DNA from: Deltaproteobacteria bacterium
Lineage (GTDB): Bacteria > Myxococcota_A > Polyangia > Fen-1088
NCBI GenBank assembly: GCA_033763315.1
Contig: JANRKS010000032.1
Span: forward strand, 384,001 to 448,000
Reading direction: 5' to 3'
DNA: 64,000 nt
Shown here piece by piece: positions 18,681 through 29,930 of this stretch (position 1 is the stretch's first letter; every line of letters begins with the position of its first letter). A program made the position numbers and the translations under genes. The notes under the pieces are model-generated. The model was given only the letters and a program-made list of their open reading frames with translations, had not been told where the DNA came from and did no database searches.

Positions 18681-18766
18681 ATAAGTTACTGAAATTAAAT
18701 GTAAAAATAAGAGGCCATTGGCACTCTCGCCTGCCGCTTGACAGTGCAATCGTTGTGCTTATACCT
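18681..18766 (+). promoter_or_regulatory. Probable sigma-70 promoter with AT-rich upstream tract and a CIRCE-like half site
   Basis: TTGACA 18738-18743; TATACC 18760-18765 (16-nt spacer, imperfect); AT-rich 18681-18710; TTGGCACTC 18718-18726. Confidence 0.5.
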
Positions 18767-18794
18767 AAGTCGCCACGAGCTGAGGAGTCCAAGG

Positions 18795-19115
18795 ATGCCG
18801 GTTTACGAATACCGCTGTAACGCGTGCGGTCATGAATTTGAAGAGCAGCAGAAGATGAGCGACGAGCCCATCAAGGTCTGCCCGAAGTGCAAAAAGAAGA
18901 AAGTTGAACGGCTGATCAGCCTCACCTCGTTCCACCTCAAAGGTGGTGGCTGGTATTCGGATCTCTACGGCTCGTCCAAGGGCGGCGCCAAGGCCGAAGC
19001 CAAAACCGAATCGTCGTCCGAGACAAAATCAGAAACGAAGTCTGAAACCAAGACCGAGGCCAAGGCTGACAAGCCCGCCAAGGCCGAGAAGGTGAAGAAA
19101 GCCTCCTCTACGTAA
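18795..19115 (+). CDS. FmdB-family zinc-ribbon protein
   Basis: [24 protein letters not shown]; low-complexity K/E/S tail; SD GAGGAG. Confidence 0.92.
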   Translation: MPVYEYRCNACGHEFEEQQKMSDEPIKVCPKCKKKKVERLISLTSFHLKGGGWYSDLYGSSKGGAKAEAKTESSSETKSETKSETKTEAKADKPAKAEKVKKASST

Positions 19116-19121
19116 TTTTTT

Positions 19122-19160
19122 GCGGCCGCGTGTACACCACAAGCGGCCGTTTGTTTTTTT
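19122..19160 (+). terminator. Terminator-like hairpin between the FmdB gene and groES
   Basis: GCGGCCGC..GCGGCCGT stem followed by TTGTTTTTTT. Confidence 0.45.
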
Positions 19161-19190
19161 GAATTAGAGACCCACCACAGGAGAAACACC

Positions 19191-19481
19191 ATGAAAGTAC
19201 GTCCCCTTTACGACCGTTTGTTGGTCAAGCGCATTGCCGAAGAGACGAAGACCGCAGGCGGTCTGTTCATCCCCGAGACAGCCAAAGAAAAGCCCCAAGA
19301 GGCTTTGGTTGTGGCTGTTGGCAACGGCAAGATCCAAGAAGACGGCAAGCTTCGTAAGCTCGAAGTCAAAGCCGGCGACAAGGTGTTGTTCTCGAAGTAC
19401 TCGGGCAACGAAATCAAGATCGATGGCGAAGAGCACCTAATCCTCAAAGAGGATGATGTTCTGGCCGTTCTCGAAAAGTAA
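19191..19481 (+). CDS. groES: Co-chaperonin GroES
   Basis: [30 protein letters not shown]; SD AGGAG. Confidence 0.99.
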   Translation: MKVRPLYDRLLVKRIAEETKTAGGLFIPETAKEKPQEALVVAVGNGKIQEDGKLRKLEVKAGDKVLFSKYSGNEIKIDGEEHLILKEDDVLAVLEK

Positions 19482-21155
<1,674 letters not shown>

Positions 21156-21184
21156 GTCTCACGCACCCACAATTCCCAAAAACG

Positions 21185-21220
21185 AAAGGGATCCGGTCAT
21201 TGACCAGATCCCTTTTTTTT
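21185..21220 (+). terminator. Rho-independent terminator after groEL
   Basis: AAAGGGATCCGGTC-ATT-GACCAGATCCC followed by T8. Confidence 0.9.
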
Positions 21221-21258
21221 CTTGTGCCCCACACAAGCGGCGCAACTAGAGCGCAGCC

Positions 21259-22128
21259 TCATAGCTTCGGGCTGACAAGTCTTATGCCCACAGAAGCCCA
21301 TCGTTCAAAACGTTCGTTTTGGGACGCGCCCGGCACTGTCACCAAGGTGCTGCCGAAGGTGCCATCCATCTGGACGTTGTCGTTGAAGATGTAACGAAGC
21401 CCGAGTTGCATCGCTGGGTAATCGGTCCGCGGGTCGAAGGGGTCGCCATAAAACACTTCGGTGGCGCTGTGAAGGCCCGCAAAAAGATGTGTCTGCACGC
21501 CAATGCCGCTCGTGGTAAGCGTGCTTGCGCGGTTTCCTCCGGAGGCGGAGAGACCTCCCGGCGACGCGCTGCCTTGGTCGCCGCCAGAGCCGCTTGCGTT
21601 GCTGCCATTGTCAGCCGCTGCAAACCCGAGATTCACATGGATGAGCACGGCCTCGTTCCAAAGTGACTCTGTGGCCGCTGCATACACAAAGCCTCCCCAT
21701 CCGGGCGCTTTAAGTGATCCCGTTCCAGCAGGCGCGAGTGTGCCGGCGGCGACGGCAAGACCTGGCCACCCGTTGTCTTGGGCAGCAATGATGAGCGCCT
21801 TAGCCTGCAGAATGGGCCCAGAGATCGAATAGCCGCGCACGGCGCCCGTATGGTTGGCCCCGTGAACGAACCCCGCAGTTAACTCAAGCCAATCGGTTGG
21901 ACCATAAGCGGCGAGGGCGTTGTGTTCGTAGGCGAGGCGGTCGACCAACAACCACGTTTCAAGCTGGGCCAAACGCTTTCCAACCACGCGTGCGTCGTCA
22001 GTGACGAAGGGCCGAATTGCGTGAGCAACGCCTGGCGTGGTGAGGGGCGCAACCCACACAAAAGCAGCCAAGATCCGCGCATAGGCTTTCACTGTTGCCG
22101 GCTTAGATGAGTGGCGGGCGATGCACAT
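21259..22128 (-). CDS. Hypothetical exported protein, probable outer-membrane beta-barrel
   Basis: Signal peptide ending AHA-IRPFVTDDARVV; amphipathic strands; start uncertain. Confidence 0.6.
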   Translation of the reverse strand: MCIARHSSKPATVKAYARILAAFVWVAPLTTPGVAHAIRPFVTDDARVVGKRLAQLETWLLVDRLAYEHNALAAYGPTDWLELTAGFVHGANHTGAVRGYSISGPILQAKALIIAAQDNGWPGLAVAAGTLAPAGTGSLKAPGWGGFVYAAATESLWNEAVLIHVNLGFAAADNGSNASGSGGDQGSASPGGLSASGGNRASTLTTSGIGVQTHLFAGLHSATEVFYGDPFDPRTDYPAMQLGLRYIFNDNVQMDGTFGSTLVTVPGASQNERFERWASVGIRLVSPKL

Positions 22129-22229
22129 TGGAAACCACAACTAGCACACCTTGCCGTCCCCAGCGTGACAAAGGCCGCCTCCGCGAGTTGGGCCTCGCAG
22201 CAAGAGGCAATGTGCGCTAGGCGTTACAC

Positions 22230-22580
22230 ATGAGCTACCAAGCGTCAGGGCGGCTGCTGAAGAAGTTTGACATCAACCAGGTGTCAGATCGGTTTCGTAA
22301 ACGCGAGTTCGTGATTGAGATCGCGGATGGAAAGTATCCGCAGACAGTGATGTTTCAACTCACGGGCGATCGATGTGACCAGCTCGACAAGATCGAAGAG
22401 GGGCAGCCTGTGGAGGTGGAGTTTGCTTTGCGGGGGCGCGAGTGGACAAGCCCGAAGGGCGAAGTGAAATACTTCAATACATTGGATGTCTGGACCGTCA
22501 GTGCCTCGCGAGGCGCCGGCTTTGACGACGAGCCTTTGCCCGAAGAGCCGATGGAGCCTTCCGACGACGTGCCATTTTAG
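22230..22580 (+). CDS. DUF3127-family OB-fold protein with SSB-like acidic tail
   Basis: FRKREFVI..YPQ..F.LRGREW..YFNTLDVW; C-terminal DDVPF. Confidence 0.88.
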   Translation: MSYQASGRLLKKFDINQVSDRFRKREFVIEIADGKYPQTVMFQLTGDRCDQLDKIEEGQPVEVEFALRGREWTSPKGEVKYFNTLDVWTVSASRGAGFDDEPLPEEPMEPSDDVPF

Positions 22581-22651
22581 GCTCTACCGGTGAGCAGCTT
22601 GTGCCGCAAACAGGCAGCGTGGCGCGCCGGAGTCCGCGCTATGATGTGCCT

Positions 22652-23374
22652 ATGAGGCTCATCGGTTTCTTCTTCGCGGGGTTGTTGGTTGCGACGCTCG
22701 GTGTGCAAACCATCATCTTGCGCAAAGCCAACATGCGTCTTGAAACGTTGGAGAAGCAGCTGACAGCGATGCGTGATGAGCAGCACGCAAGCGAGATGCA
22801 TGGTGCCCCCGTAGAGCGCGAAGCCACCCTGCTGCCCTCGCATCGTCCCGCATTGCTTGACGCCACTGACTTGCCAGCGGCGTCGTTGGGCGCGTTGGGC
22901 GCCGCCGCTCAACAAGCGGGCGGCTTGGCCGGCATCGCCGCAGCCGGTGATGATCCATTGCCGTTGCCCCTTGAATTGTCGTCGCCCCAAGCGCGAGAGC
23001 AATTGGCCGCGTTTGTACGTGTGCAATTCGCGAAGGAGCGGCAGGCCGAAGAACGGCAGCGGGTGCAAGAGATGATCGAACGGCAAAACCAGTTCAACGA
23101 CGCGCTCGCGCAAAAGTTGGGACTTGCTGGCAACACCAGCGCCCAGTTCCTCAGCGTGCTTGGCCAGGCTCAAGAGCAGCGCCGAGATCTGATGGCCAAG
23201 GGAGTGCAGAACAACATGCCGCGCGCCGAGCTTCGCGATAAAATGCGAGAGGTTTCGCAGAAAGCGGACGACCAGATCAAGGCGCTGCTCGGCGAAGAAA
23301 AGTTCAAGCAGTACGAAGACCACCGCCGGCAGGAGGGTCCCCGCGGCGGGTTTGGCAGGGGTGCAAATCAATAG
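22652..23374 (+). CDS. Hypothetical membrane-anchored helical protein
   Basis: N-terminal TM, coiled-coil-like body, ends LLGEEKFKQY..GPRGGFGRG; ATG 6 nt after TATGAT. Confidence 0.7.
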   Translation: MRLIGFFFAGLLVATLGVQTIILRKANMRLETLEKQLTAMRDEQHASEMHGAPVEREATLLPSHRPALLDATDLPAASLGALGAAAQQAGGLAGIAAAGDDPLPLPLELSSPQAREQLAAFVRVQFAKERQAEERQRVQEMIERQNQFNDALAQKLGLAGNTSAQFLSVLGQAQEQRRDLMAKGVQNNMPRAELRDKMREVSQKADDQIKALLGEEKFKQYEDHRRQEGPRGGFGRGANQ

Positions 23375-23449
23375 CTTGGTAGGCGCCCACGGCGGTGTTG
23401 TCTATGCCGCGCAGGTCCGGGCGGCCACCGGGCCAGGCGTCAGAACGGT

Positions 23450-24670
23450 TTGCCGTTTTCCCATGATGACAGCGAACGTTGTTGTCCATTTGTGGTGCCT
23501 TGCCGAACCGTCTTCGCCTGTCTATGTGTGGGATTGATCTCGGCTTGTGCGGGATCAACGGCTCAACCAACCTCCACGGACCCCTGCGTGCTGCCTCACG
23601 GGGCCACCAGCGCCAAAGCCACCGCCGCCTACGAAACATTCAAGCGAGTGACGGTAACCGCAGATGGTGCATCAGATTTCTTACGCGTCTTTAAGCCAGA
23701 TTCCGGAACCGTCATCGGTTCCACGGTTTCCGAGGGCATGGGCTACGGGCTGTTGCTGGCCGTTTATCACGACGATCAGGCAGTCTTCGATCAGCTGTGG
23801 CGTTACACCGCGAAGTACCTCAACGCCAATGGCCTCATGGATTGGGAAGTGGATCCACAGGGCGCGGTCATTGGCAAAGGTGCCGCCAGCGATGGCGACG
23901 AGGACATCGCTTTTGCCCTGGTTATGGCGTCGCGCAAGTGGGGCGGCCGAGGATCGCTTGATGAAGCCTATGTGACCCTCGGCGTGCGCATGATCGACGC
24001 CCTTTTGAAACATGCAGTGGACGTGGATCGAAACAGCCTGTGGAAGCCGGGTGACCGCTGGGGCCCGCGCGACATCACGAATTTGTCATATTTCGCACCT
24101 GCTTATTTTCGCGTGTTTGGCGAAGTTTCTGGCAAGCAGGCTGCGTGGGACGCGGTGATCGACGGCAACTATGACGTCTTGGATCGCACGCTTAACGATA
24201 TGTTGGGCAACAAGAACAACGGGCTCGTGCCTGCTTGGTCTAACTCGGTCGGCGAAACCGTTTCGGCCTATACAGGTGCAGCCACACACTTTCAGAACGA
24301 TTCCACGCGCACGCCGTTTCGCATCGGCCAAGACTATTGTTGGTGGAAGGAACCGCGGGCGAAATCCTACCTCAACAAAATTGCTGCCTTTTATGCAGGT
24401 GAGGGCGTCGCAAATATCAAAGATGGCTACAACCTAGACGGCACGCCACGTCCCGAGCGCCCCAACGTTGCCACCCAAGCCGCATCGTTCGTCGGCCCAG
24501 CAGGGGTTGCTTTCATGAGCGATCCCAAATACCAAAACCAGCTCGACGAAGCGTGGGCCAAGGTTGCAACAGAAACGCTCACCAATGGCACCATCTACTA
24601 TCAGAAATCATGGACGGCCTTGTCGCTGCTTATGATGGCGGGAGATATGCAGGTGTTGCCACAGAAGTAG
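23450..24670 (+). CDS. Glycoside hydrolase family 8 lipoprotein (endoglucanase-like)
   Basis: Lipobox LISAC; TVSEGMGYG and ASDGDEDIA catalytic motifs; NLSYFAPAY. Start uncertain. Confidence 0.9.
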   Translation: MPFSHDDSERCCPFVVPCRTVFACLCVGLISACAGSTAQPTSTDPCVLPHGATSAKATAAYETFKRVTVTADGASDFLRVFKPDSGTVIGSTVSEGMGYGLLLAVYHDDQAVFDQLWRYTAKYLNANGLMDWEVDPQGAVIGKGAASDGDEDIAFALVMASRKWGGRGSLDEAYVTLGVRMIDALLKHAVDVDRNSLWKPGDRWGPRDITNLSYFAPAYFRVFGEVSGKQAAWDAVIDGNYDVLDRTLNDMLGNKNNGLVPAWSNSVGETVSAYTGAATHFQNDSTRTPFRIGQDYCWWKEPRAKSYLNKIAAFYAGEGVANIKDGYNLDGTPRPERPNVATQAASFVGPAGVAFMSDPKYQNQLDEAWAKVATETLTNGTIYYQKSWTALSLLMMAGDMQVLPQK

Positions 24671-24676
24671 ATGGTC

Positions 24677-24991
24677 TTATCTGTGCGCGTGTCGGCTTTG
24701 TGGCGAGGTGGCGCGGGCTTTGGTGCGGCCTGAAAGTGCGGTGGCAGCCTTGGCGCCATTTGCAGACTTCCGCGTGGACTTGCGGGATGGGCGGCTCGTG
24801 GCGGAGGCCTCAAACGCGGTTGTCATACCCGAAGTGACTTTCGCGGTGTTGTGGGGCCGCTCCGCCTGGCTGGCCTCCAACTCTTCGACATTCACGCCGC
24901 TGTTCGCCAAGGCTTCTTTACGGGCCCGACTCTCATGTGGCTCGGCAGAAGCGGCATGCTTGGTTTCTTCAGTCAGACGTTTCTTTTTCAT
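24677..24991 (-). CDS. Small basic hypothetical protein
   Basis: Fills the gap between two genes; RPSRKSTRKSAN resembles small conserved hypothetical proteins (from memory). Confidence 0.55.
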   Translation of the reverse strand: MKKKRLTEETKHAASAEPHESRARKEALANSGVNVEELEASQAERPHNTAKVTSGMTTAFEASATSRPSRKSTRKSANGAKAATALSGRTKARATSPQSRHAHR

Positions 24992-25058
24992 GACATGAGG
25001 CGTGTGCATACGGTGGGCCAAGAGCTTTGTGGTATGGAAACGGCATCACAGCGTCCCC

Positions 25059-26831
25059 TCAAGGACCCGTTAAGCGAACACGTGCGTACGAACTTGGATC
25101 ACGGAAGCTCGTATCCTGTGTTGTAAACCACGCCACTTTGCGTTCGCGCAAACCGCCGTCGTCATCGTCGTTCACGTGAACGTCCAAGCCGAAAATCTTT
25201 CCTGAGGCGGCCGTGGTGCCCAAGGTCGTCCATGGGAACGTGATCTCCATCCCGTAACCGTTGCCGGATTGGTCTTGCCCAAACACCACGCCCTCGATGC
25301 GTCGCAACGAAACGTTTTGCGGCTCGGTGTCTCTCCAGCCGAAGAGGAAGTGATGATCGTTGGCGCCGTCCAGCGTGGTGCCTCGGTTGCCATCGGCATC
25401 AATGTAGACTTCAACTGTATCGTCATCGAACGAACCTTGTCCGGGGCTGTCATTCACACGCATAGCGTCTTGCACAAGCACCAAGAGGTGCAGACCCAAG
25501 GGAGACCAAAACGCCCTGAATTGCACACCGAAGTTATTGACGGGTGTGCCCACTACATATTTTTCGATCGCTTGCGGAGCGCTGGCCGTGGCCCACGCAA
25601 GGTCGATGTCGCCATTGATCACGGGTGGGGTGGACTTCCACGGAATGTCGAGGATCGGAAATGCGCCACATGCACCAAGAACACAGATGTTTGCGCCTGT
25701 GCAACCAACGTCGCTTGAACAACGTTGCAAGCACGCGGCCGCACCCCCACACACGTAAGGGTTGCAAGACGTCGTGGTACCAGCCACGCACGTACCGGTG
25801 CCGTTGCAAATCGACGCTGCCTTGGCTTGGCTCGCAACACATGAGGCTTCTGCGCAGATCGTTCCCTGCGGATAAACCGCACACTGGCCTTGTCCATCGC
25901 AAGCGCCATTGCGGCCACACGTGCTGGCGGACATGGCGCTGCATTCACCCGGATCCGCCATTTGCCCCGCAGGAACGAACCGGCATTGGCCGCGGCTGCC
26001 GGCCACCGCACACGAACGGCACTGCCCGCCGCAGGCTTCGTTACAGCACACGCCGTCAACACAGAAATTGGTGGCACACTGGGTGTTCGCTGTGCAGGCG
26101 GACCCCTCATTGCGCCGGCCTTCGCACACGCCGCCTTGGCACGTGAAGCCTGAGGCACAATCCGTGGATGAATCACAGCGTGTGAGGCAACTTGCAGGCC
26201 CACAAACAAACGGGCTGCAAGGAATGGGCGCCGCTGGCGTGCAGGTGCCGGCACCGTCGCAACTGCCTCGTCCCTTCGCCGTCATACCTTGGCACGATTC
26301 GGCGTCGCCGCACACGGTGCCCCTTGCATGTTTGCTGCATCCGCCCTGCCCATCACATTGTCCGGTGGTGCCGCATGTTCCGGCTGCCTCAGTGACGCAG
26401 ACGTTGCGAGGATCCTTTTGACCGGCTTGTGCCAACCGGCAACGGCCTTTGTCCGCTGCGCTTGCGCATGTGCGGCAAGCGCCTCCGCAAGCTTCCTCAC
26501 AACACACGCCATCAACGCAAAAGCCACTGGCGCATTCACCCGCACAGGCACACGTTTGGCCCGGTGATTTGCCAAAGCCTGTCGCGCCTACGCACGGCAG
26601 GGTGGCAACGTCAGGCGCCGCGGCATCGCCCGAAATGGCTGCCCCACCGGATCCGCCCCCGCCATTGCCCAAGGCATCCATGACGTTGCCGGCCGCGCCT
26701 GCTTCAGGACCTTCCCCAGTGCCGCCTGTGCCCGGTTCATCGTCCATTGAGACGGAAAGGCCTGTGTTTGAGACCGTGCACGCACACAAAAGCGTCACCC
26801 CCACCATCACCAACCAAAGCTGTCGTGTCAT
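25059..26831 (-). CDS. Cys-rich repeat lipoprotein with C-terminal CBM9-like sugar-binding domain
   Basis: Lipobox LCAC; two CxxxFCVDGVCCxxACGGxCRxC units; PPVINGDID..DDTVEVYID..YGMEITFPW..DVHVNDDD. Confidence 0.82.
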   Translation of the reverse strand: MTRQLWLVMVGVTLLCACTVSNTGLSVSMDDEPGTGGTGEGPEAGAAGNVMDALGNGGGGSGGAAISGDAAAPDVATLPCVGATGFGKSPGQTCACAGECASGFCVDGVCCEEACGGACRTCASAADKGRCRLAQAGQKDPRNVCVTEAAGTCGTTGQCDGQGGCSKHARGTVCGDAESCQGMTAKGRGSCDGAGTCTPAAPIPCSPFVCGPASCLTRCDSSTDCASGFTCQGGVCEGRRNEGSACTANTQCATNFCVDGVCCNEACGGQCRSCAVAGSRGQCRFVPAGQMADPGECSAMSASTCGRNGACDGQGQCAVYPQGTICAEASCVASQAKAASICNGTGTCVAGTTTSCNPYVCGGAAACLQRCSSDVGCTGANICVLGACGAFPILDIPWKSTPPVINGDIDLAWATASAPQAIEKYVVGTPVNNFGVQFRAFWSPLGLHLLVLVQDAMRVNDSPGQGSFDDDTVEVYIDADGNRGTTLDGANDHHFLFGWRDTEPQNVSLRRIEGVVFGQDQSGNGYGMEITFPWTTLGTTAASGKIFGLDVHVNDDDDGGLRERKVAWFTTQDTSFRDPSSYARVRLTGP

Positions 26832-27116
26832 CGAAGTTACCTACGTGTTAAGGACTCACGCCGGATGCGCCGGCAACTGCCGAATGTTTAGCACGCGACG
26901 TCGCTTCGACACGCGAACCTGCACGTGGGGCTAGCGCATGCCGTGGGCCACGGTGTTTAGCGCTGTGACGATCGCGTGAGCCATACACGTCACCTTGGCG
27001 CCACCGACGTGTTGTGACCGGACCGTCTGGCGGTCGTGGGGCCGTTAAGACGCATCAGATGTCACAAGCGCCATATGGCCTTGGAGTTGCAAACCCTCGT
27101 CAATGGAGGCAGCGGC

Positions 27117-27461
27117 ATGGCATCAAGGCATAAGGATTCTATCGATCCAAGGGCAGGCACCTTGGGTAAACCAACGACCGGCAAGGGTGTGTGGTCAGGC
27201 GAAGCGGTGGCCCGCGCCCGCGGCGAGGAAGCGGAAGCCGGCGCTCTGCGGGCCGAGGGCCATGGTCCTGTGTCTGGCGCCCGCGCCTTAGATGAAAATC
27301 GATCGGATGTTGATAAGCGCACGCGCAAACCACCCGCAGTGAAGCAGCACTTGTCACAAGAGGACATCGAGGCGGCACAGCGCCTGAAACAAGAAGCGGC
27401 CGCCGAGGAGCACCGTCGGGTGCAGGCTGAACGAGGCGTGGGCCCCCACGGCAAGCTCTAA
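27117..27461 (+). CDS. Hypothetical protein
   Basis: GGAGG SD before ATG 27117; hydrophilic ORF filling the gap. Confidence 0.6.
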   Translation: MASRHKDSIDPRAGTLGKPTTGKGVWSGEAVARARGEEAEAGALRAEGHGPVSGARALDENRSDVDKRTRKPPAVKQHLSQEDIEAAQRLKQEAAAEEHRRVQAERGVGPHGKL

Positions 27462-27495
27462 GCAGACCGAGGGAACTCGCGGTATTGTTGGCAAC

Positions 27496-28794
27496 GTGGC
27501 TAAGGACGAGGAAGAGCTGGTCATCGCGGGCCAGAAGGTCAGGGTGAGTCATCCGGATAAGCCGTACTTCTCCAAGCAAACGCGGCTATCGAAGATCGAC
27601 ATCGTCCGGTATTTCTTGTCGGTGGCGCCGGGGGCGCTGGCGGGCATTCGCGATCGACCGATCGTCCTCAAGCGTTTTGTTGATGGGGCAGAGGCAGAAC
27701 CATTTTATCAAAAGCGTGCGCCGCAGACGCGGCCAGATTTCATCCGCACAGTGACTCTGGCATTTCCGTCGGGGCGAACCGCGGAAGAGGTCGTTGTGGA
27801 TGACGCCGCCGGCTTGGCTTGGGTTGTGAACCTGGGTTGCATGGAGCTGCACCCGCACCCTGTGCGCAGCGCCGATCTCGAACACCCTGACGAGTTGCGC
27901 GTGGACTTGGATCCCACAACAAACGTTCCGTGGGCCGATGTGAGGCGTGTGGCTTTGGAGGTGAACGCCGTTCTGGGCGAGATGAAACTGCAAGGGTGGC
28001 CAAAGACGAGCGGCTCGCGCGGCATCCACATCAACGTTCGGATTTTTCCGCGTTGGACGTTCACCCAAGTGCGACGTGCGGCTTTGGCTTTGTCGCGTGA
28101 AATTGAACGCCGCTTGCCTGGTTTGGCCACGTCAAAGTGGTGGAAAGACGAACGGCAAGGCGTGTTCTTGGATTACAACCAAAACGCCAAAGATCGCACC
28201 ACATGTTCGGCGTATTCCGTGCGCCCTTTGCCCGACGCGCGCGTATCGGCGCCCTTAACTTGGACCGAGGTTCCTGATTGCGAGGCGGCTGATTTTACGG
28301 TGCACACCATGCCCGCACGCTTTGCGGCGTTGGGCGATCCACACGCAGGTATGGACGGCGCGGCGGGATCGCTCGAACCATTGTTGGAGCTTGCTGATCG
28401 CGACGAAGCCGCGGGGTTGGGCGATGCGCCGTGGCCACCGCACTTTCGCAAGATGGAAGGCGAGCCCGCGCGCGTGTCGCGCAGCCGCGCCGCCAAGCCC
28501 GCGGCGGCGACCAAAAAAGCCAGCCCACGGGTGCGCGCGCCGTTGGTGGTGGTGGCAAAATCATCCGACAAGGAAGCGGCGTTGGCGGGGCTGCAACGCT
28601 GGAAAGCTCGGCACAAAGACGTGGCTGCGCTAATCACGGATGAAGACGTTCTCGTGGATCGCATGCGGGGGCGATCCACAGTGTGGACGCGTGTTCGCGT
28701 TAACTTGAAGAACGTGCCGCCTGATTTGCACCCGCCACCCGAAGAGCCGGACCCCAACGACGATCCCACCGCGGCGTTTCGCGCGAAGTCTTAA
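27496..28794 (+). CDS. ligD: LigD/Prim-PolC-type primase-polymerase with C-terminal extension
   Basis: VSHPDKPYF, FYQKR, ELRVDLDP, KTSGSRGIH, FLDYNQN, AYSVRP; no ligase domain. Confidence 0.88.
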   Translation: MAKDEEELVIAGQKVRVSHPDKPYFSKQTRLSKIDIVRYFLSVAPGALAGIRDRPIVLKRFVDGAEAEPFYQKRAPQTRPDFIRTVTLAFPSGRTAEEVVVDDAAGLAWVVNLGCMELHPHPVRSADLEHPDELRVDLDPTTNVPWADVRRVALEVNAVLGEMKLQGWPKTSGSRGIHINVRIFPRWTFTQVRRAALALSREIERRLPGLATSKWWKDERQGVFLDYNQNAKDRTTCSAYSVRPLPDARVSAPLTWTEVPDCEAADFTVHTMPARFAALGDPHAGMDGAAGSLEPLLELADRDEAAGLGDAPWPPHFRKMEGEPARVSRSRAAKPAAATKKASPRVRAPLVVVAKSSDKEAALAGLQRWKARHKDVAALITDEDVLVDRMRGRSTVWTRVRVNLKNVPPDLHPPPEEPDPNDDPTAAFRAKS

Positions 28795-29864
28795 AGCGCG
28801 AAGATCTCCTGCAATTCGCGCGGGGGAACCACTTCCAATTGAAGAAACGTGCAATCGCTTGGGCGTTTGTCGGTACGCCAACGACGAAAGTGAGCGATGT
28901 GACGAAAGCGGCTGCCTTGCATGTGGTCGTAGGCCACCTCCACCACAAGTTCGGGCAATAATGGCACCCACGAGAGATCTTTGCCTTGGCTCCACCGGCT
29001 GGCACCGCCGGGTCGACGGTGGTTGTCGCCGCCATCGGACGCGCCCCATTCTTTCCACGGGTGATCTTGTGTTGATGCCAGCTTGTAAGGGGCCAGCACA
29101 TCCACCAATTCCTTGCGCTTGGCTTGCGTGAAGCTCGAACACACGCCCACGTGTTCAAGGCTGCCCGCATCGTTGTAAAGGCCAAGCAATAGAGATCCCA
29201 CCATGGTTCCTTGCGCGTCCTTGTGCCAGCGAAAGCCAGCCACCACGCAATCGCAATCGCGCTCATGTTTGACCTTCAACATCACGCGCTTGTTGGGCTC
29301 ATAAGCCCCGTCCGATGGTTTGGCCATCACCCCGTCAAGCCCGGCTCCCTCAAAGCGGCTAAACCAGTCCACGGCCAAGGCACGATCTTGCGTGGCAGGC
29401 GTGATGTAAAGTGGTGGCGAGGCTTTGGCCAACAACGACCGCATCATCTCGCGACGCTGCGCAAACGGAACACTCCGTAGATCGTGCGTGCCTTCGCACA
29501 GCAAATCGAAAAACACGATCGACGCGGGTATCTGTTGCGAGAGCAGCTTGATGCGTGAAGCGGCGGGGTGCAGCCGCAGCTGCAGGGCCTCGAAATCCAG
29601 CGCGTTGTTGCGCGCAATCACGATCTCGCCGTCGAACACGCAGCGATTGGGCAGCTGTTGCAAGAGCGGCTCAATCAACTCAGGGTAATACCGCGCCAGC
29701 GGCTTTTCATCGCGGCTTTGAATCAGCAGCTCGTCGCCGTCGCGGAACACCAGCGCACGAAAGCCGTCCCACTTTGGCTCGAAGATCCAATCACCCGTGC
29801 GCGGCAGCTCGCTCACGCGTTTGGCGAGCATAGGCAAAACCGGAGGGGCCACCGCAAGATCCAT
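28791..29864 (-). CDS. ligC: ATP-dependent DNA ligase, LigC type
   Basis: EPKWDGFR, DGEIV, FDLL, GLDGVMAK, MLKVK, RFRH. Confidence 0.92.
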   Translation of the reverse strand: MDLAVAPPVLPMLAKRVSELPRTGDWIFEPKWDGFRALVFRDGDELLIQSRDEKPLARYYPELIEPLLQQLPNRCVFDGEIVIARNNALDFEALQLRLHPAASRIKLLSQQIPASIVFFDLLCEGTHDLRSVPFAQRREMMRSLLAKASPPLYITPATQDRALAVDWFSRFEGAGLDGVMAKPSDGAYEPNKRVMLKVKHERDCDCVVAGFRWHKDAQGTMVGSLLLGLYNDAGSLEHVGVCSSFTQAKRKELVDVLAPYKLASTQDHPWKEWGASDGGDNHRRPGGASRWSQGKDLSWVPLLPELVVEVAYDHMQGSRFRHIAHFRRWRTDKRPSDCTFLQLEVVPPRELQEIFAL

Positions 29865-29930
29865 GCACCTGATCTAGCATGCGGGGCAGCGCCGTTGAAC
29901 CCGGCGCCAGACCGGAACGTCCCCGCCGGT

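Noticed and set aside
18718-18750. Intact CIRCE operator
   Set aside because: The right arm GAGTGCTAA is absent at the required 9-nt spacing; kept only as a degenerate site.
27496-29864. Classical Ku-LigD NHEJ operon
   Set aside because: No Ku gene and no phosphoesterase domain in the window.
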